In this document: piece by piece, positions 40,686 to 51,697 of the stretch
Position numbering within the stretch: the first letter of the stretch is position 1
Layout of the letters: every line of letters begins with the position of its first letter
Assembly: GCA_963816185.1 (NCBI GenBank)
Contig: CAWFJJ010000029.1
Coordinates: 352,001 to 416,000, forward strand
Origin: Thermoanaerobaculia bacterium
GTDB lineage: Bacteria; Acidobacteriota; Thermoanaerobaculia; UBA5066
DNA length: 64,000 nt
Direction: 5' to 3'
Notes under the pieces: generated by a model
The model's database searches: none
The model's input: only the letters and a program-made list of their open reading frames with translations
What the model was told of the DNA's origin: nothing
Translations under genes and position numbers: made by a program

Positions 40686-42242
40686 ATGCCGAAGAGCCGT
40701 CACGGTCCGCCCGGCGATCTGCGCGAGCTCCCGGCCCTCCTGGAGCTCTCGCAGATGCTGGGGTCGGCGCGGGGCTTCCGGGCGGCCCTGGACGGCGCGC
40801 TCGCCATCCTGCGCGAGAGCTACGGCGGAAGCGTCGTCACCGCCGCGCTCGTCGACGAGGCGACTGGCGAGCTGAAGCTCGAAACCTCTGCCGGCCTTCC
40901 CGCCGGGCGTCGGCCTTCGCCCAAGCTGCGTTCGGGCGAGGGAGTCACGGGGCGCGTCGTCGCGAGCGGGAAGGCGATCGTCGTTCCGCAGGTGACGCGC
41001 GAGCCGCTTCTCAAGACGCCGAACGAGGTCCTCCCGATCTCGGCCACGGCGCGGCACGAGCTGAGCTTCGTATCCGTCCCCCTCGTCGTCGAGGGCCGCA
41101 CGGTCGGCGCCCTCGGGCTGGCGCTCGGGTACGACCCGGCGCGCGACTTCGCCCGGACCACGTCGTTCCTGAAGGTCGTGGCCTCTCTCCTCGGGCAAGC
41201 GATGCACGTGGACCGGCTGATCGAAGGGGAGCGCGAGCGCCTTCTCGACGAGAACCTCAAGCTCAAGCGCGAGCTGAAGGGCCGCTACGACCTGAAGAAC
41301 ATCGTCGGCCACAGCCGGCCCATGGAGGAGCTCTACGAGCAGGTCGCGCAGGCCGCCCCGGGCGACACAACCGTCCTCATCCGCGGAGAGTCGGGAACCG
41401 GCAAGGAGCTCGTGGCACACGCTCTCCACTACAACTCGCCGCGTGCGGGCAAACCATTCGTGAGGGTGAGCTGTGCCGCTCTTCCCGAGAGCCTGATCGA
41501 GTCCGAGCTCTTCGGCTACGAGCCGGGCGCCTTCACGGACGCGCGGACGCAGAAGAAAGGGCGCTTTGAGATCGCGGACAAGGGGACGCTCTTCCTGGAC
41601 GAGGTGGGGGACCTTTCCGTCGCGACCCAGGTGAAGCTCCTGCGCGTCCTGCAGGAGCGGGAGTTCGAAAGGCTCGGCGGCACGCACCCGGTTTCGGTCG
41701 ACATCCGCCTCGTGACGGCCACGAACCGGGACCTCGAAGCTGCGATGGCGAAGGGCAAATTCCGCGAGGACCTCTTCTACCGCCTGAACGTGTTCACGAT
41801 CTTCCTGCCGCCTTTGCGCGACCGGCGCCCCGACATCCCGCTCCTCGCGGACCACTTCGTCGAGAAATACGCGACGCGGCACCGCAAGGACGTGAGGCGC
41901 ATCTCGACGCCGGCGATCGACGTCCTCATGAGCTATCACTGGCCGGGGAACGTCCGCGAGCTGGAGAACTGCATCGAGCGGGCCGTCCTCGTGTGTGACG
42001 GCGGCGTCCTCCACGCCCACCACCTCCCTCCGACGCTGCAGACCGCCGAGGTGTCGGGGACGCTGCCGCGCCAGTCGCTCGGAGCCGCGGTCGAAGCCTA
42101 CGAGAAGGACCTGCTCCTCGACAGCCTGAAGATCGCGCGGGGAAACCGGGCGAAAGCGGCGCGCCTGCTCCAGACGACCGAACGCATCTTCGGGTACCGC
42201 CTCAAGCGTTACGGGATCGACGCGGCCCGCTTCCGGCCCTGA
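40686..42242 (+). CDS. NifA-subfamily sigma54-dependent activator (GAF-AAA+-Fis HTH)
   Basis: GAF domain (GEGVTGRV...SFVSVPL); GESGTGKE, ESELFG, GAFTDA, FLDEVG and WPGNVREL; C-terminal HTH. Confidence 0.92.
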   Translation: MPKSRHGPPGDLRELPALLELSQMLGSARGFRAALDGALAILRESYGGSVVTAALVDEATGELKLETSAGLPAGRRPSPKLRSGEGVTGRVVASGKAIVVPQVTREPLLKTPNEVLPISATARHELSFVSVPLVVEGRTVGALGLALGYDPARDFARTTSFLKVVASLLGQAMHVDRLIEGERERLLDENLKLKRELKGRYDLKNIVGHSRPMEELYEQVAQAAPGDTTVLIRGESGTGKELVAHALHYNSPRAGKPFVRVSCAALPESLIESELFGYEPGAFTDARTQKKGRFEIADKGTLFLDEVGDLSVATQVKLLRVLQEREFERLGGTHPVSVDIRLVTATNRDLEAAMAKGKFREDLFYRLNVFTIFLPPLRDRRPDIPLLADHFVEKYATRHRKDVRRISTPAIDVLMSYHWPGNVRELENCIERAVLVCDGGVLHAHHLPPTLQTAEVSGTLPRQSLGAAVEAYEKDLLLDSLKIARGNRAKAARLLQTTERIFGYRLKRYGIDAARFRP

Positions 42243-42243
42243 G

Positions 42244-43917
42244 TTACGCGATCTTCCGGTAGAAGTCGTTTCCCTTGTCGTCCACGAGGATGAACGCGGG
42301 GAAGTCGACGACGTCGATCGCCCACACCGCTTCCATCCCGAGCTCGGGGAACTCGAGGACGTCGACCTTCTTGATGTGCTCCTCGGCGAGGAGCGCGGCC
42401 GGGCCGCCCGGCGAGCCGAGGTAGAAGCCTCCGTATCTCTGACACGCCTCGGTCACTTTCGGGCTGCGGTTCCCCTTCGCGATCATGACCATCGAGCCGC
42501 CCTTCGACTGGAAGAGATCGACGTACGAGTCCATGCGGCCGGCGGTCGTGGGTCCGAAGGACCCCGAGGCCTTGCCCTTCGGCTTCTTCGCGGGGCCGGC
42601 GTAGTAGACCGGATGGTCCTTGAAGTATTGCGGCAGGTCGGCGCCGGAGTCGAGGCGCTGCTTGAGCTTCGCGTGCGCGATGTCGCGCGCGACGACGAGG
42701 CGCCCCGTGAGCGCGAGCGGCGTCGAGACGGGATGCTTCGACAGCTCCGCCAGGATCTCCTTCATCGGCTTGTCGAGGTCGATCTTCACGATCCCCGTGT
42801 GCTCCTTCGCGCCCGTCTGGACGGGAAGAAGAACCTCGGGATGGCGCTCGAGCTCCTCGAGCCAGAGCCCCTTCGCGTCGATCTTCGCGAGGACGTTCCG
42901 GTCGGCGGAGCACGAGACGCCCATGCCCACCGGGCAGGAGGCGCCATGCCGTGGCAGGCGGACGACGCGGATGTCGTGAGCGAAGTACTTGCCGCCGAAC
43001 TGCGCGCCGAAGCCGAGCTTCTGCGCCCGTTCGAGGAGCCTCTTCTCCAGCTCCGGATCGCGGAACGCGCGGCCGGTTCTGTCGCCTGAAGTCGGAAGCG
43101 AATCGTAGTAGCCGGTCGAGGCGAGCTTCACCGTCTTCAGGCAGGCCTCCGCGGACGTGCCGCCGACGACGAACGCGATGTGGTACGGCGGGCAGGCCGC
43201 CGTCCCGAGGCTCTTCATCTTCTCGACGAGGAACGCCTCGAGGCTCGCCGGGTTGAGGAGGGCCTTCGTCTCCTGGAAAAGGGTGCTCTTGTTCGCCGAG
43301 CCGCCTCCCTTCGCGACGAAGAGAAACTTGTACTCGGCGCCCTTCGTCGCGAAAATGTCGATTTGCGCGGGAAGGTTGTTTCCCGTGTTGACCTCGTCGT
43401 ACATCGTGAGCGCGGCCGTCTGCGAGTATCGGAGGTTCTCGCCGGTGTACGTCTGAAAGACGCCCTTCGAGAGGAACGCGGCATCGTCGGCGCCCGTCCA
43501 GACCTGCTGGCCTTTCCACGCGACGATCGTCGCCGTGCCCGTGTCCTGGCAGAAAGGCAGCTCGAACCGCGAGGAAACGACGGCGTTCCGGAGGAGGGCC
43601 GTCGCCATGAAGCGGTCGTTCGGGGAGGCCTCGGGGTCCTTCAGGATGCATGCGACCTGCTGCTGATGCTTCGGCCGGAGGAGGAACGACACGTCGCGCA
43701 TCGCCTCGTGCGCGAGGATCGTGAGGGCCTTCGGGTCCACGATGAGAACGGGCTTGCCGGCGAACTTCGCCTTCTTCACGAGTCCCTTCGTAGGCGAGAC
43801 GAGACGGTACTTCGTCGCGTCCTCGCCCTTCGGAAACGGGTTCGAGTAGACGAAGCCGTCCCTGGCGGAAGCTCTCTTCGGGCTCTGTTTTTTCGCGGAC
43901 TGTCTCTTTGCCGGCAT
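42244..43917 (-). CDS. fumA: Fumarate hydratase class I (Fe-S)
   Basis: [38 protein letters not shown] and GPTTAGRMD motifs. Confidence 0.95.
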   Translation of the reverse strand: MPAKRQSAKKQSPKRASARDGFVYSNPFPKGEDATKYRLVSPTKGLVKKAKFAGKPVLIVDPKALTILAHEAMRDVSFLLRPKHQQQVACILKDPEASPNDRFMATALLRNAVVSSRFELPFCQDTGTATIVAWKGQQVWTGADDAAFLSKGVFQTYTGENLRYSQTAALTMYDEVNTGNNLPAQIDIFATKGAEYKFLFVAKGGGSANKSTLFQETKALLNPASLEAFLVEKMKSLGTAACPPYHIAFVVGGTSAEACLKTVKLASTGYYDSLPTSGDRTGRAFRDPELEKRLLERAQKLGFGAQFGGKYFAHDIRVVRLPRHGASCPVGMGVSCSADRNVLAKIDAKGLWLEELERHPEVLLPVQTGAKEHTGIVKIDLDKPMKEILAELSKHPVSTPLALTGRLVVARDIAHAKLKQRLDSGADLPQYFKDHPVYYAGPAKKPKGKASGSFGPTTAGRMDSYVDLFQSKGGSMVMIAKGNRSPKVTEACQRYGGFYLGSPGGPAALLAEEHIKKVDVLEFPELGMEAVWAIDVVDFPAFILVDDKGNDFYRKIA

Positions 43918-44073
43918 GGGAGTCTCCTCCAGCGTGGAAGTTATCTGACGCCGAAGAGGTCGGCTCTGATGCGGATGAACCAGCCGGAGCACGCTCCCCG
44001 GCGCCGTCACGCCTCGGGGAACCTATTCCTCGGGTCTCGCTACGAGCCGAACCACCCGTGGAAGAATGACCGA

Positions 44074-46692
44074 ATGCGGGACATCGCTCCGCTCGCGGAC
44101 CGGATCCCGCCCCGAGGGACGACCGACGCCGAGGAGATCCTCGGCCTCTTCCTCGACTGGGTCTCGGCCAGCGGCCTTACCCTCTATCCGGCCCAGGAAG
44201 AGGCGCTCCTCGAGCTCATGGCGGGAAAGCACGTGATCCTCGGGACGCCCACGGGATCCGGCAAGTCGCTCGTCGCCCTGGGCCTGCATTTCAAGGCCGC
44301 GTGCGAGGGGCGCGTGTCCTTCTACACGAGCCCGATCAAGGCCCTCGCGAGCGAGAAGTTCTTCTCGCTCTGCGCGGAGCTCGGACCCGACAACGTCGGG
44401 ATGCTCACGGGGGACGCGAGCATCAACGCGCAGGCGAGCGTTCTCTGCTGCACGGCGGAGGTGCTCTCGAACATGGCGCTCCGCCTCGGCGCGAACCTCG
44501 CGGCGCCCTACGTCGTGATGGACGAGTTCCACTACTACGCGGACAAGGAGCGCGGCGTGGCCTGGCAGGTGCCGCTCCTCGTCCTGCCCGACACCCAGTT
44601 CCTCCTCATGTCGGCGACGCTGGGCGACACGCGTGCGATCGCGGAACGCCTGAAGAGCGACACGGGCCGCGACGTCGCGCACGTCACGTCCGAGGACAGG
44701 CCGGTGCCGCTCGACTACGAATACCGCGAGACCCCGCTTCACGAGACGATCGAAGACCTGCTTGCGCAGAAGAAGAGCCCCGTCTACGTCGTGAACTTCA
44801 CCCAGCGCGAGTGCGCGGAGCTCGCGCAGTCGCTGACGAGCGTGAAGATCGGGAGCCGCGAAGAGCGGGAGGAGATCCGGAAGATCGTGAGCGGGAGGCG
44901 CCTCGCGACGCCCTACGGCAAGGAGTTCCGGAGATTCCTCTCGTTCGGGGTCGGCGTTCACCACGCCGGCCTCCTTCCCAAATACCGTCTCCTCGTCGAG
45001 CAGCTCGCGCAGAAGGGGCTTCTGCACGTCATCTGCGGAACCGACACGCTCGGCGTCGGCGTCAACATCCCGATCCGGACGGTCCTCTTCACGAAGCTCG
45101 CGAAGTTCGACGGGACGAAGGTGGGCCTTCTCTCGGTCCGCGAGTTCAAGCAGATCTCGGGGCGCGCGGGCCGGCGCGGGTTCGACGATCGCGGGAGCGT
45201 GGTCGCCCAGGCGCCCGAGCACATCGTCGAGAAGCGGCAGGCGGAGAGAAAGTCCGAAAGCTCTGGGAAGAAGAGCTCGCGGACATTCAAGGGCCCGCCC
45301 AAAGGCGAGGTCTCGTGGTCGCTCGAGACGTTCCAGAAGCTCATCTCGAGGCCTCCGGAGACACTGACGTCGCGGTTCCGGCTGACGCACGGAATGGTCC
45401 TGGATCTCCTCCAGCGCGACGCGGGGAATATGGAGCCGGGTTCGCGGAACTTCTCGTCGATCCGCGATCTGATCGCGCGCTGCCACGAAGTCGAAGGAAC
45501 CAAGCGTCGTCTCGTCAGCCACGCGGCCGGCCTGGTCCGTTCGCTCTACCGGGCGGGAATCATCGGACTCAAGGGCGAGGGGCCGTATCGGGTCGTCGTG
45601 GCGGAGGGTCTGCAATGGGACTTCTCTCTCCACCAGGCCCTGTCGCTCTTCGCGCTTTCGGCTCTCGCGGAGCTGGATCCCGCGTCCCCGACGTACGCCG
45701 TGGACGTCGTCACCGTCGTCGAGTCGATCCTGGAGGATCCCGACGTGGTCCTGAGAAGGCAGGTGGACCGGGCGAAGGGCAGGCTCGTCGCGGAGCTCAA
45801 GGCGGAGGGGGTTCCCTACGAGGAGCGAATGGTGCGCCTCGAAGAGGTGACCCACCCGAAGCCGCTCGCGGACTTTCTCTATGGCGCCTTCAACGAGTTC
45901 CGCGCCGAGCACCCCTGGGCGTCGGCCTCGGACGTGAGTCCGAAGTCGATCGGACGCGAGATGTTCGAGACGTTCGCCGGCTTTGCGGATTACGTGAAGG
46001 GCTACGGCCTGGAGAGAAGCGAGGGCGTTCTCCTGCGGTACCTCTCGCAGCTCTTCAAGACGCTCGACCAGACGATCCCGGAGGCCGCGAAGACCGACGA
46101 GCTCTGGGACGCGCTCGGCTACTTTCGTTCGCTCGTCGGAGAGACGGACGCGAGCCTCCTGGAAGAGTGGGAGAGCCTTCGCCATCCCGAGCTCCTGCTC
46201 GCGGAAAAGACGGCGGAGGCGCAGCCCGAGCGCAGGAAAGAAGCCTCGTGGCTCACGGAGCTCCTCTCGAACCCCAGGGTCTTCGCGGCGCGCGTGCGCG
46301 CGGAGGCGCAGCTTCTCGTGAGGGCTCTCGCGAGGAGGGACTGGGAAGAGGCGGCCGAACGCGTTCATCAACGCCCGGAGGCCGGAAATGTCGAGGGTGA
46401 GACCAGGGAAGGCAGTGAAGGCAGTGAAGGCGAAGACCGATGGGATGCCGAGCGCTTCGAGACCGCGATGGCCCCGTTCTTCGAAGAGTACGGCGAGCTC
46501 CTTTCGGGGGCCGAGGCGCGGTTACACCACCTGACGAATCTCAGATCCACGGGCCACAGGCAGTGGGAGGTCACGCAGACTCTCGTCGATCCGAAAGGCG
46601 ATCACACGTGGGCGATCTTTGCCGGCATCGACCTTAGGGACGGGAGCGCGCCCGACGGTCCGATCCTCAGGATCAGGCGAATCGGTGCGTGA
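44074..46692 (+). CDS. Ski2-like DEAD/DEAH helicase with a DUF3516-like C-terminus
   Basis: YPAQEEA, TPTGSGKS, DEFH, SAT, HHAGLLP, TDTLGVGVN and QISGRAGRRG motifs. Confidence 0.9.
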   Translation: MRDIAPLADRIPPRGTTDAEEILGLFLDWVSASGLTLYPAQEEALLELMAGKHVILGTPTGSGKSLVALGLHFKAACEGRVSFYTSPIKALASEKFFSLCAELGPDNVGMLTGDASINAQASVLCCTAEVLSNMALRLGANLAAPYVVMDEFHYYADKERGVAWQVPLLVLPDTQFLLMSATLGDTRAIAERLKSDTGRDVAHVTSEDRPVPLDYEYRETPLHETIEDLLAQKKSPVYVVNFTQRECAELAQSLTSVKIGSREEREEIRKIVSGRRLATPYGKEFRRFLSFGVGVHHAGLLPKYRLLVEQLAQKGLLHVICGTDTLGVGVNIPIRTVLFTKLAKFDGTKVGLLSVREFKQISGRAGRRGFDDRGSVVAQAPEHIVEKRQAERKSESSGKKSSRTFKGPPKGEVSWSLETFQKLISRPPETLTSRFRLTHGMVLDLLQRDAGNMEPGSRNFSSIRDLIARCHEVEGTKRRLVSHAAGLVRSLYRAGIIGLKGEGPYRVVVAEGLQWDFSLHQALSLFALSALAELDPASPTYAVDVVTVVESILEDPDVVLRRQVDRAKGRLVAELKAEGVPYEERMVRLEEVTHPKPLADFLYGAFNEFRAEHPWASASDVSPKSIGREMFETFAGFADYVKGYGLERSEGVLLRYLSQLFKTLDQTIPEAAKTDELWDALGYFRSLVGETDASLLEEWESLRHPELLLAEKTAEAQPERRKEASWLTELLSNPRVFAARVRAEAQLLVRALARRDWEEAAERVHQRPEAGNVEGETREGSEGSEGEDRWDAERFETAMAPFFEEYGELLSGAEARLHHLTNLRSTGHRQWEVTQTLVDPKGDHTWAIFAGIDLRDGSAPDGPILRIRRIGA

Positions 46693-46739
46693 TCTTACGT
46701 CGCCATGATGCCGCGGTGCACAAATGTACAAACCTCGAT

Positions 46740-46755
46740 CGGCACGGGATGTGCT
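46740..46755 (+). promoter_or_regulatory. Candidate sigma54 promoter for the DUF4440 gene
   Basis: CGGCACGGGATGTGCT, GG-N10-GC, ending 23 nt before the ATG. Confidence 0.6.
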
Positions 46756-46778
46756 CGCATCCGACGGGAGGATCGACT

Positions 46779-47216
46779 ATGGCCACCGCGACGATGGAAA
46801 AGAAGACCGTCGAAACCGAGCTGCTGAACCTCGAGAAGAAGTATTGGCAGGCGATCAGGGAAAAAGACGTGGACACCATGCTGGGCCTGACGGAATTTCC
46901 ATGCCTCGTCGCCGGCGCCACGGGCGTCGCGCTGATCGACAGGGAGACTTTCGTGAAGATGATGAAGGACGGGACCTGCACGTTGCACGGGTTCGAGGTG
47001 AAGAACACGGAAGTGCGAGCGCTGAAGGACGACGTCGTATGCGTGGGCTACGAGGTCCACGAGGACATGACCGTCGACGGCAAGAGGGTGAGCATGGAAG
47101 CGACCGACTCGTCCGTCTGGGTGCGCCGCGACGGCCGCTGGCTCTGCACGATGCACACCGAAACGCTCAAGGGCGACCCTTTCGGGAGGGACCGGAAGCC
47201 CGCCCCATCCCATTGA
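46779..47216 (+). CDS. NTF2-like/DUF4440 protein
   Basis: GGAGG RBS; LE..YWQAI..KD and DSSVWVRRDGRW.C.MH.E motifs. Confidence 0.85.
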   Translation: MATATMEKKTVETELLNLEKKYWQAIREKDVDTMLGLTEFPCLVAGATGVALIDRETFVKMMKDGTCTLHGFEVKNTEVRALKDDVVCVGYEVHEDMTVDGKRVSMEATDSSVWVRRDGRWLCTMHTETLKGDPFGRDRKPAPSH

Positions 47217-47230
47217 CGTTCCTCTGATGT

Positions 47231-47737
47231 CTACGGGCTCTTCGGGGCGGCCGTCGCCGGAGCGGTCGGCGAAGCTTCCGGGGGCTTGACGCGCGCCTGC
47301 CAGCCGTCGGGCAGGATGAGGACCACTTCTCCGGGCTTCACGAGGTTCAGCGTCTCGCGCGCGGTCTTCTCGACGGCCTTCGGGTCGCTCTTGAGCGCCG
47401 CGACCTCGGCTTCGAGCTTGCGGTTGTCCTCGTCGAGCTGCGCGACCTCGGCCTGCATGCTCGCGAGCTGGAGGCGCTGTCGCCGGACCTGAAGGAGCCC
47501 GTGCTCGTTCACGAGAAAGAATCCGAAGACGAGCGCCGAGAAAAGGAGCGAGACCAGGACGTAGGACGCCGGCCTCACGTGCGGCGCATCCGGTCGCGCG
47601 CCGGAGGCCGGCGCCGGCGTCTCGGACACGAGCTCGGGCAGCGGGCGCGGCTCTTCCCTTCGCGACGACCCGGGCAGCCGCCTCACGCCCACGATCCGGG
47701 GAGGACCCTCACCGCCGACGATTCGCTCGAAGCGCAC
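47231..47737 (-). CDS. ftsB: Septum formation initiator (FtsB/DivIC); start uncertain
   Basis: TM helix, HGLL, coiled coil and EKTARE.LNLVKPGE; follows eno. Confidence 0.85.
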   Translation of the reverse strand: MRFERIVGGEGPPRIVGVRRLPGSSRREEPRPLPELVSETPAPASGARPDAPHVRPASYVLVSLLFSALVFGFFLVNEHGLLQVRRQRLQLASMQAEVAQLDEDNRKLEAEVAALKSDPKAVEKTARETLNLVKPGEVVLILPDGWQARVKPPEASPTAPATAAPKSP

Positions 47738-47768
47738 GGGGCATTTTCGCGCGAAACGTGCGTGCGCG

Positions 47769-49188
<1,420 letters not shown>

Positions 49189-49198
49189 CGTATCCCTC

Positions 49199-50599
49199 TT
49201 ACCCTCTAAGAACATATTCCTTCGCCGCCTCCAGGAGCCGATCCGTCTCGCCTTTGTCCGCAGATTCCGCATAAATCCGCACGACCGGCTCCGTGCCCGA
49301 CGGCCGGAAGAGGATCCAGCGGCCGTCGCCCAGCAGGAGCTTCTGCCCGTCGGTCCGATCGATCGACTGCACCTTCTGCCCCGCGAACGTCTCTGGATTC
49401 TCCGCGAGTCGCTCCTTCAGCGCGGCGGCGAGGGCGGGATCGAGGCGGGCGTCCGCACGCTTCGGGTAGAACGACCCGACGCGCCGGAAGAGCTCCGCGA
49501 GGAGGGCCGAGAGCGTCTGGCCGGTCGCGCCCACGCGCTCGGCGAGGAGAAGCCCCGCGAGGAGGCCGTCTTTCTCGGGCACGTGTCCCGCCATCGTGAA
49601 GCCGGCGGACTCTTCGCCGCCGATCGTGATCGCGTCCTTGAGAAGCAGCTCGCCGATGTACTTGAAGCCGACGGGCGTCACGAAAACGGGGGCGCCGTGC
49701 GCCTTCGCGACGGCGTCGAGCCCGTGCGTGGTCGCGACAGACCGCGCGACGCCGCGGCCGTCCGCCGGCTTGCGGCGCCCCAGGAGGAGATCGGCGAGGA
49801 GCATGAGGCAGTGGTTCGGGTCGACGTACCGCCCGTCGGCGTCGAGGACGCCGAAGCGGTCCGCGTCCCCGTCCGTCGCGAGGCCGAGATGGTGTTTCCC
49901 AGCGACGACGACCTGCGCGAGCGCGGCGAGGTTCTTCTCGTCGCACTGCGGCGAGAGGCCGCCGAAATAGGGATCGCGATGCCCGTTGATGAGCTCGACG
50001 TCCACGCCCGCGTCCCGGAGAAAGGCGTCGAGGTACCCGCGCGACGTTCCGAAGCGGGGGTCTATGGCCACGCGGAGGTTCGCCTTCCTGAGCGTTGCCG
50101 TGTCGACGAAATTCGCGAGCCGTTCGAGATAGGGGCCGCGCGGGTCGATCGCATCCGCCGAAGCCGGAGGCGCAGGCTCCGCATCGGCCTCCGAAGTCTT
50201 TGCGATCTCGGCCTCGATGTGCGCCGTGACGTCGGGCAGCGCGGGCGCGCCGTCGGCCGTCGAGAACTTGATCCCGTTGAACTCGGGCGGATTGTGCGAG
50301 GCGGTGAAGTTCACGCCGCCCGCGGCGCCGAGGCGCCGGATCGTGAATGCGACCGCCGGCGTCGGCACGTCGCGGTCGGCGCGGAGGGGACGGACCCCTT
50401 CGCGGACGAGGACGCGGAACGCCTCGTCCACGAATCGTTCGTTCAGAAACCGCGTGTCCGACGCGAGGACGAGGGCCGGAGAGACGCCGCCCGACGCCAC
50501 CGTGACACGTGCGATCGCCGTGACGACGCGACGCGCGTTCGGGAACGTGAACTCTTCCCCGAGAACGGCGCGCCAGCCAGAAGTGCCGAAACGGATCAT
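49199..50599 (-). CDS. Phosphoglucomutase/phosphomannomutase
   Basis: FGTSGWR, TASHNP, DGDADR, GEESAG and RPSGTEP motifs. Confidence 0.95.
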   Translation of the reverse strand: MIRFGTSGWRAVLGEEFTFPNARRVVTAIARVTVASGGVSPALVLASDTRFLNERFVDEAFRVLVREGVRPLRADRDVPTPAVAFTIRRLGAAGGVNFTASHNPPEFNGIKFSTADGAPALPDVTAHIEAEIAKTSEADAEPAPPASADAIDPRGPYLERLANFVDTATLRKANLRVAIDPRFGTSRGYLDAFLRDAGVDVELINGHRDPYFGGLSPQCDEKNLAALAQVVVAGKHHLGLATDGDADRFGVLDADGRYVDPNHCLMLLADLLLGRRKPADGRGVARSVATTHGLDAVAKAHGAPVFVTPVGFKYIGELLLKDAITIGGEESAGFTMAGHVPEKDGLLAGLLLAERVGATGQTLSALLAELFRRVGSFYPKRADARLDPALAAALKERLAENPETFAGQKVQSIDRTDGQKLLLGDGRWILFRPSGTEPVVRIYAESADKGETDRLLEAAKEYVLRG

Positions 50600-50618
50600 C
50601 AGGCCGTAGGATTCTACG

Positions 50619-51588
50619 GTGCCCAGGTCTTCCGTCCCGAAGGGAACTCTCCCGTGGGCCGTGGCCCTGCTCGCCGTGGCATGCGCGTCGGCGCCGCACT
50701 TCCGCCACAAGGAGCCTGTCGTCATGGTGCGCCGCGGAGCGGACCGCGCGGCGCCGCCCTACGCGGAGCGTTTTCCGGAGGCCAAGGCCCGCCTTCTCGC
50801 GCGCCTGAACGAAGAGCGGCGAGCCGCCGGCGCGCCGCCCGTCGCGTACGATCTCCTCGCCGCTCGCGTCGGCGACGCCTTCTGTCTCGACACGGCCCGG
50901 ACGCGTTCGTCCGGACACTGGGACACCGCCGGCCGGCCGCCCTATCTCCGCTGGGGCCTCGCGGGCGGCGTGGACTATCAAGGGGAGAACTTCGGCTCGC
51001 TCACGCGCACGGGCGCGAACGTAGAGGAGGCCGAGGTGCCCGCTGCTCCTCCTCGACGCGCACGCGCGGATGATGGCCGAGCGCCCGCCTGACGATGGCC
51101 ACCGCCGGACGGTTCTCGACCCCGAATGGACGCACGTGGGCTTCGGTGCCGCCGTTTTCGGCGGCGAGTTCCGCATGGCGGAGGAGTTCAGCCGGCACGT
51201 CGTCGAATGGGTCGAGGTACCGGCGGCGCCCCTTCCCGCCGGGGCGCGCGCACCGTTCGCGGTGAAGCTGCCCCCGGGATGGACGCTCGCCTCGATCCAG
51301 GTGGGATTCGAGCCGCCGGCCGGACCGATGTCCCGCCAGGAGATCGCCCGACGCGGGGCGTATTCGTATCCTGACGCGTCGCAGAGCCTTCTCGCCCGCG
51401 CGCCCCCGAACACCCAGTACCCCGACGGCTCTCGCGGCGAGATCGATCTCGTGCGGGGCGTGGCGCGGGCCGACATCCCGCTCCTGTCGGGCGCGGGCAA
51501 CTACTACGTCTTCGTCTACGCGGCCAGGGGATCGGTCGTGGGGCGCATGCTCTCGCCTCTCACGTCGGCGCTGATACAGGCCAGGTGA
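50619..51588 (+). pseudogene. CAP (SCP-like) domain lipoprotein interrupted by a +1 frameshift near 51040
   Basis: The first frame has a lipobox (LLAVAC), LNEERRAAG, GHW and GEN. The second frame continues LLLDAHARMM..DDGHRRTVLDP.WTHVGFG, the C-terminal half of a CAP domain. Confidence 0.7.
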
Positions 51589-51680
51589 CCCGAAGGGGGT
51601 CCGGGAACCCAAAAGGGGTCCGGGGGAAACGGGGATCACCCCGAAAGGGGTCTGGGGAAAACGAGGATCGTTTTCCCCAG
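51588..51680. repeat. Three degenerate tandem REP-like units ending in a 13-bp hairpin
   Basis: An ACCC..AAGGGGTCYGGG unit at 51588, 51607 and 51638; CTGGGGAAAACGA-GGA-TCGTTTTCCCCAG at 51652-51680. Confidence 0.7.
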
Positions 51681-51697
51681 CTAAACTCGATTCCGAA

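Noticed and set aside
40686-42242. Nitrogen fixation inferred from the NifA-like gene
   Set aside because: There are no nif genes in the window. The GAF-AAA-HTH architecture is widespread, and the GAFTDA variant is common.
46408-46431. GAAGGCAGT tandem repeat in the helicase gene
   Set aside because: It is a short in-frame duplication (EGSEGSEG) in a loop and does not alter the frame.
51588-51680. Mini-CRISPR interpretation of the repeats
   Set aside because: The units are degenerate and abut each other without unique spacers, and there are no cas genes.
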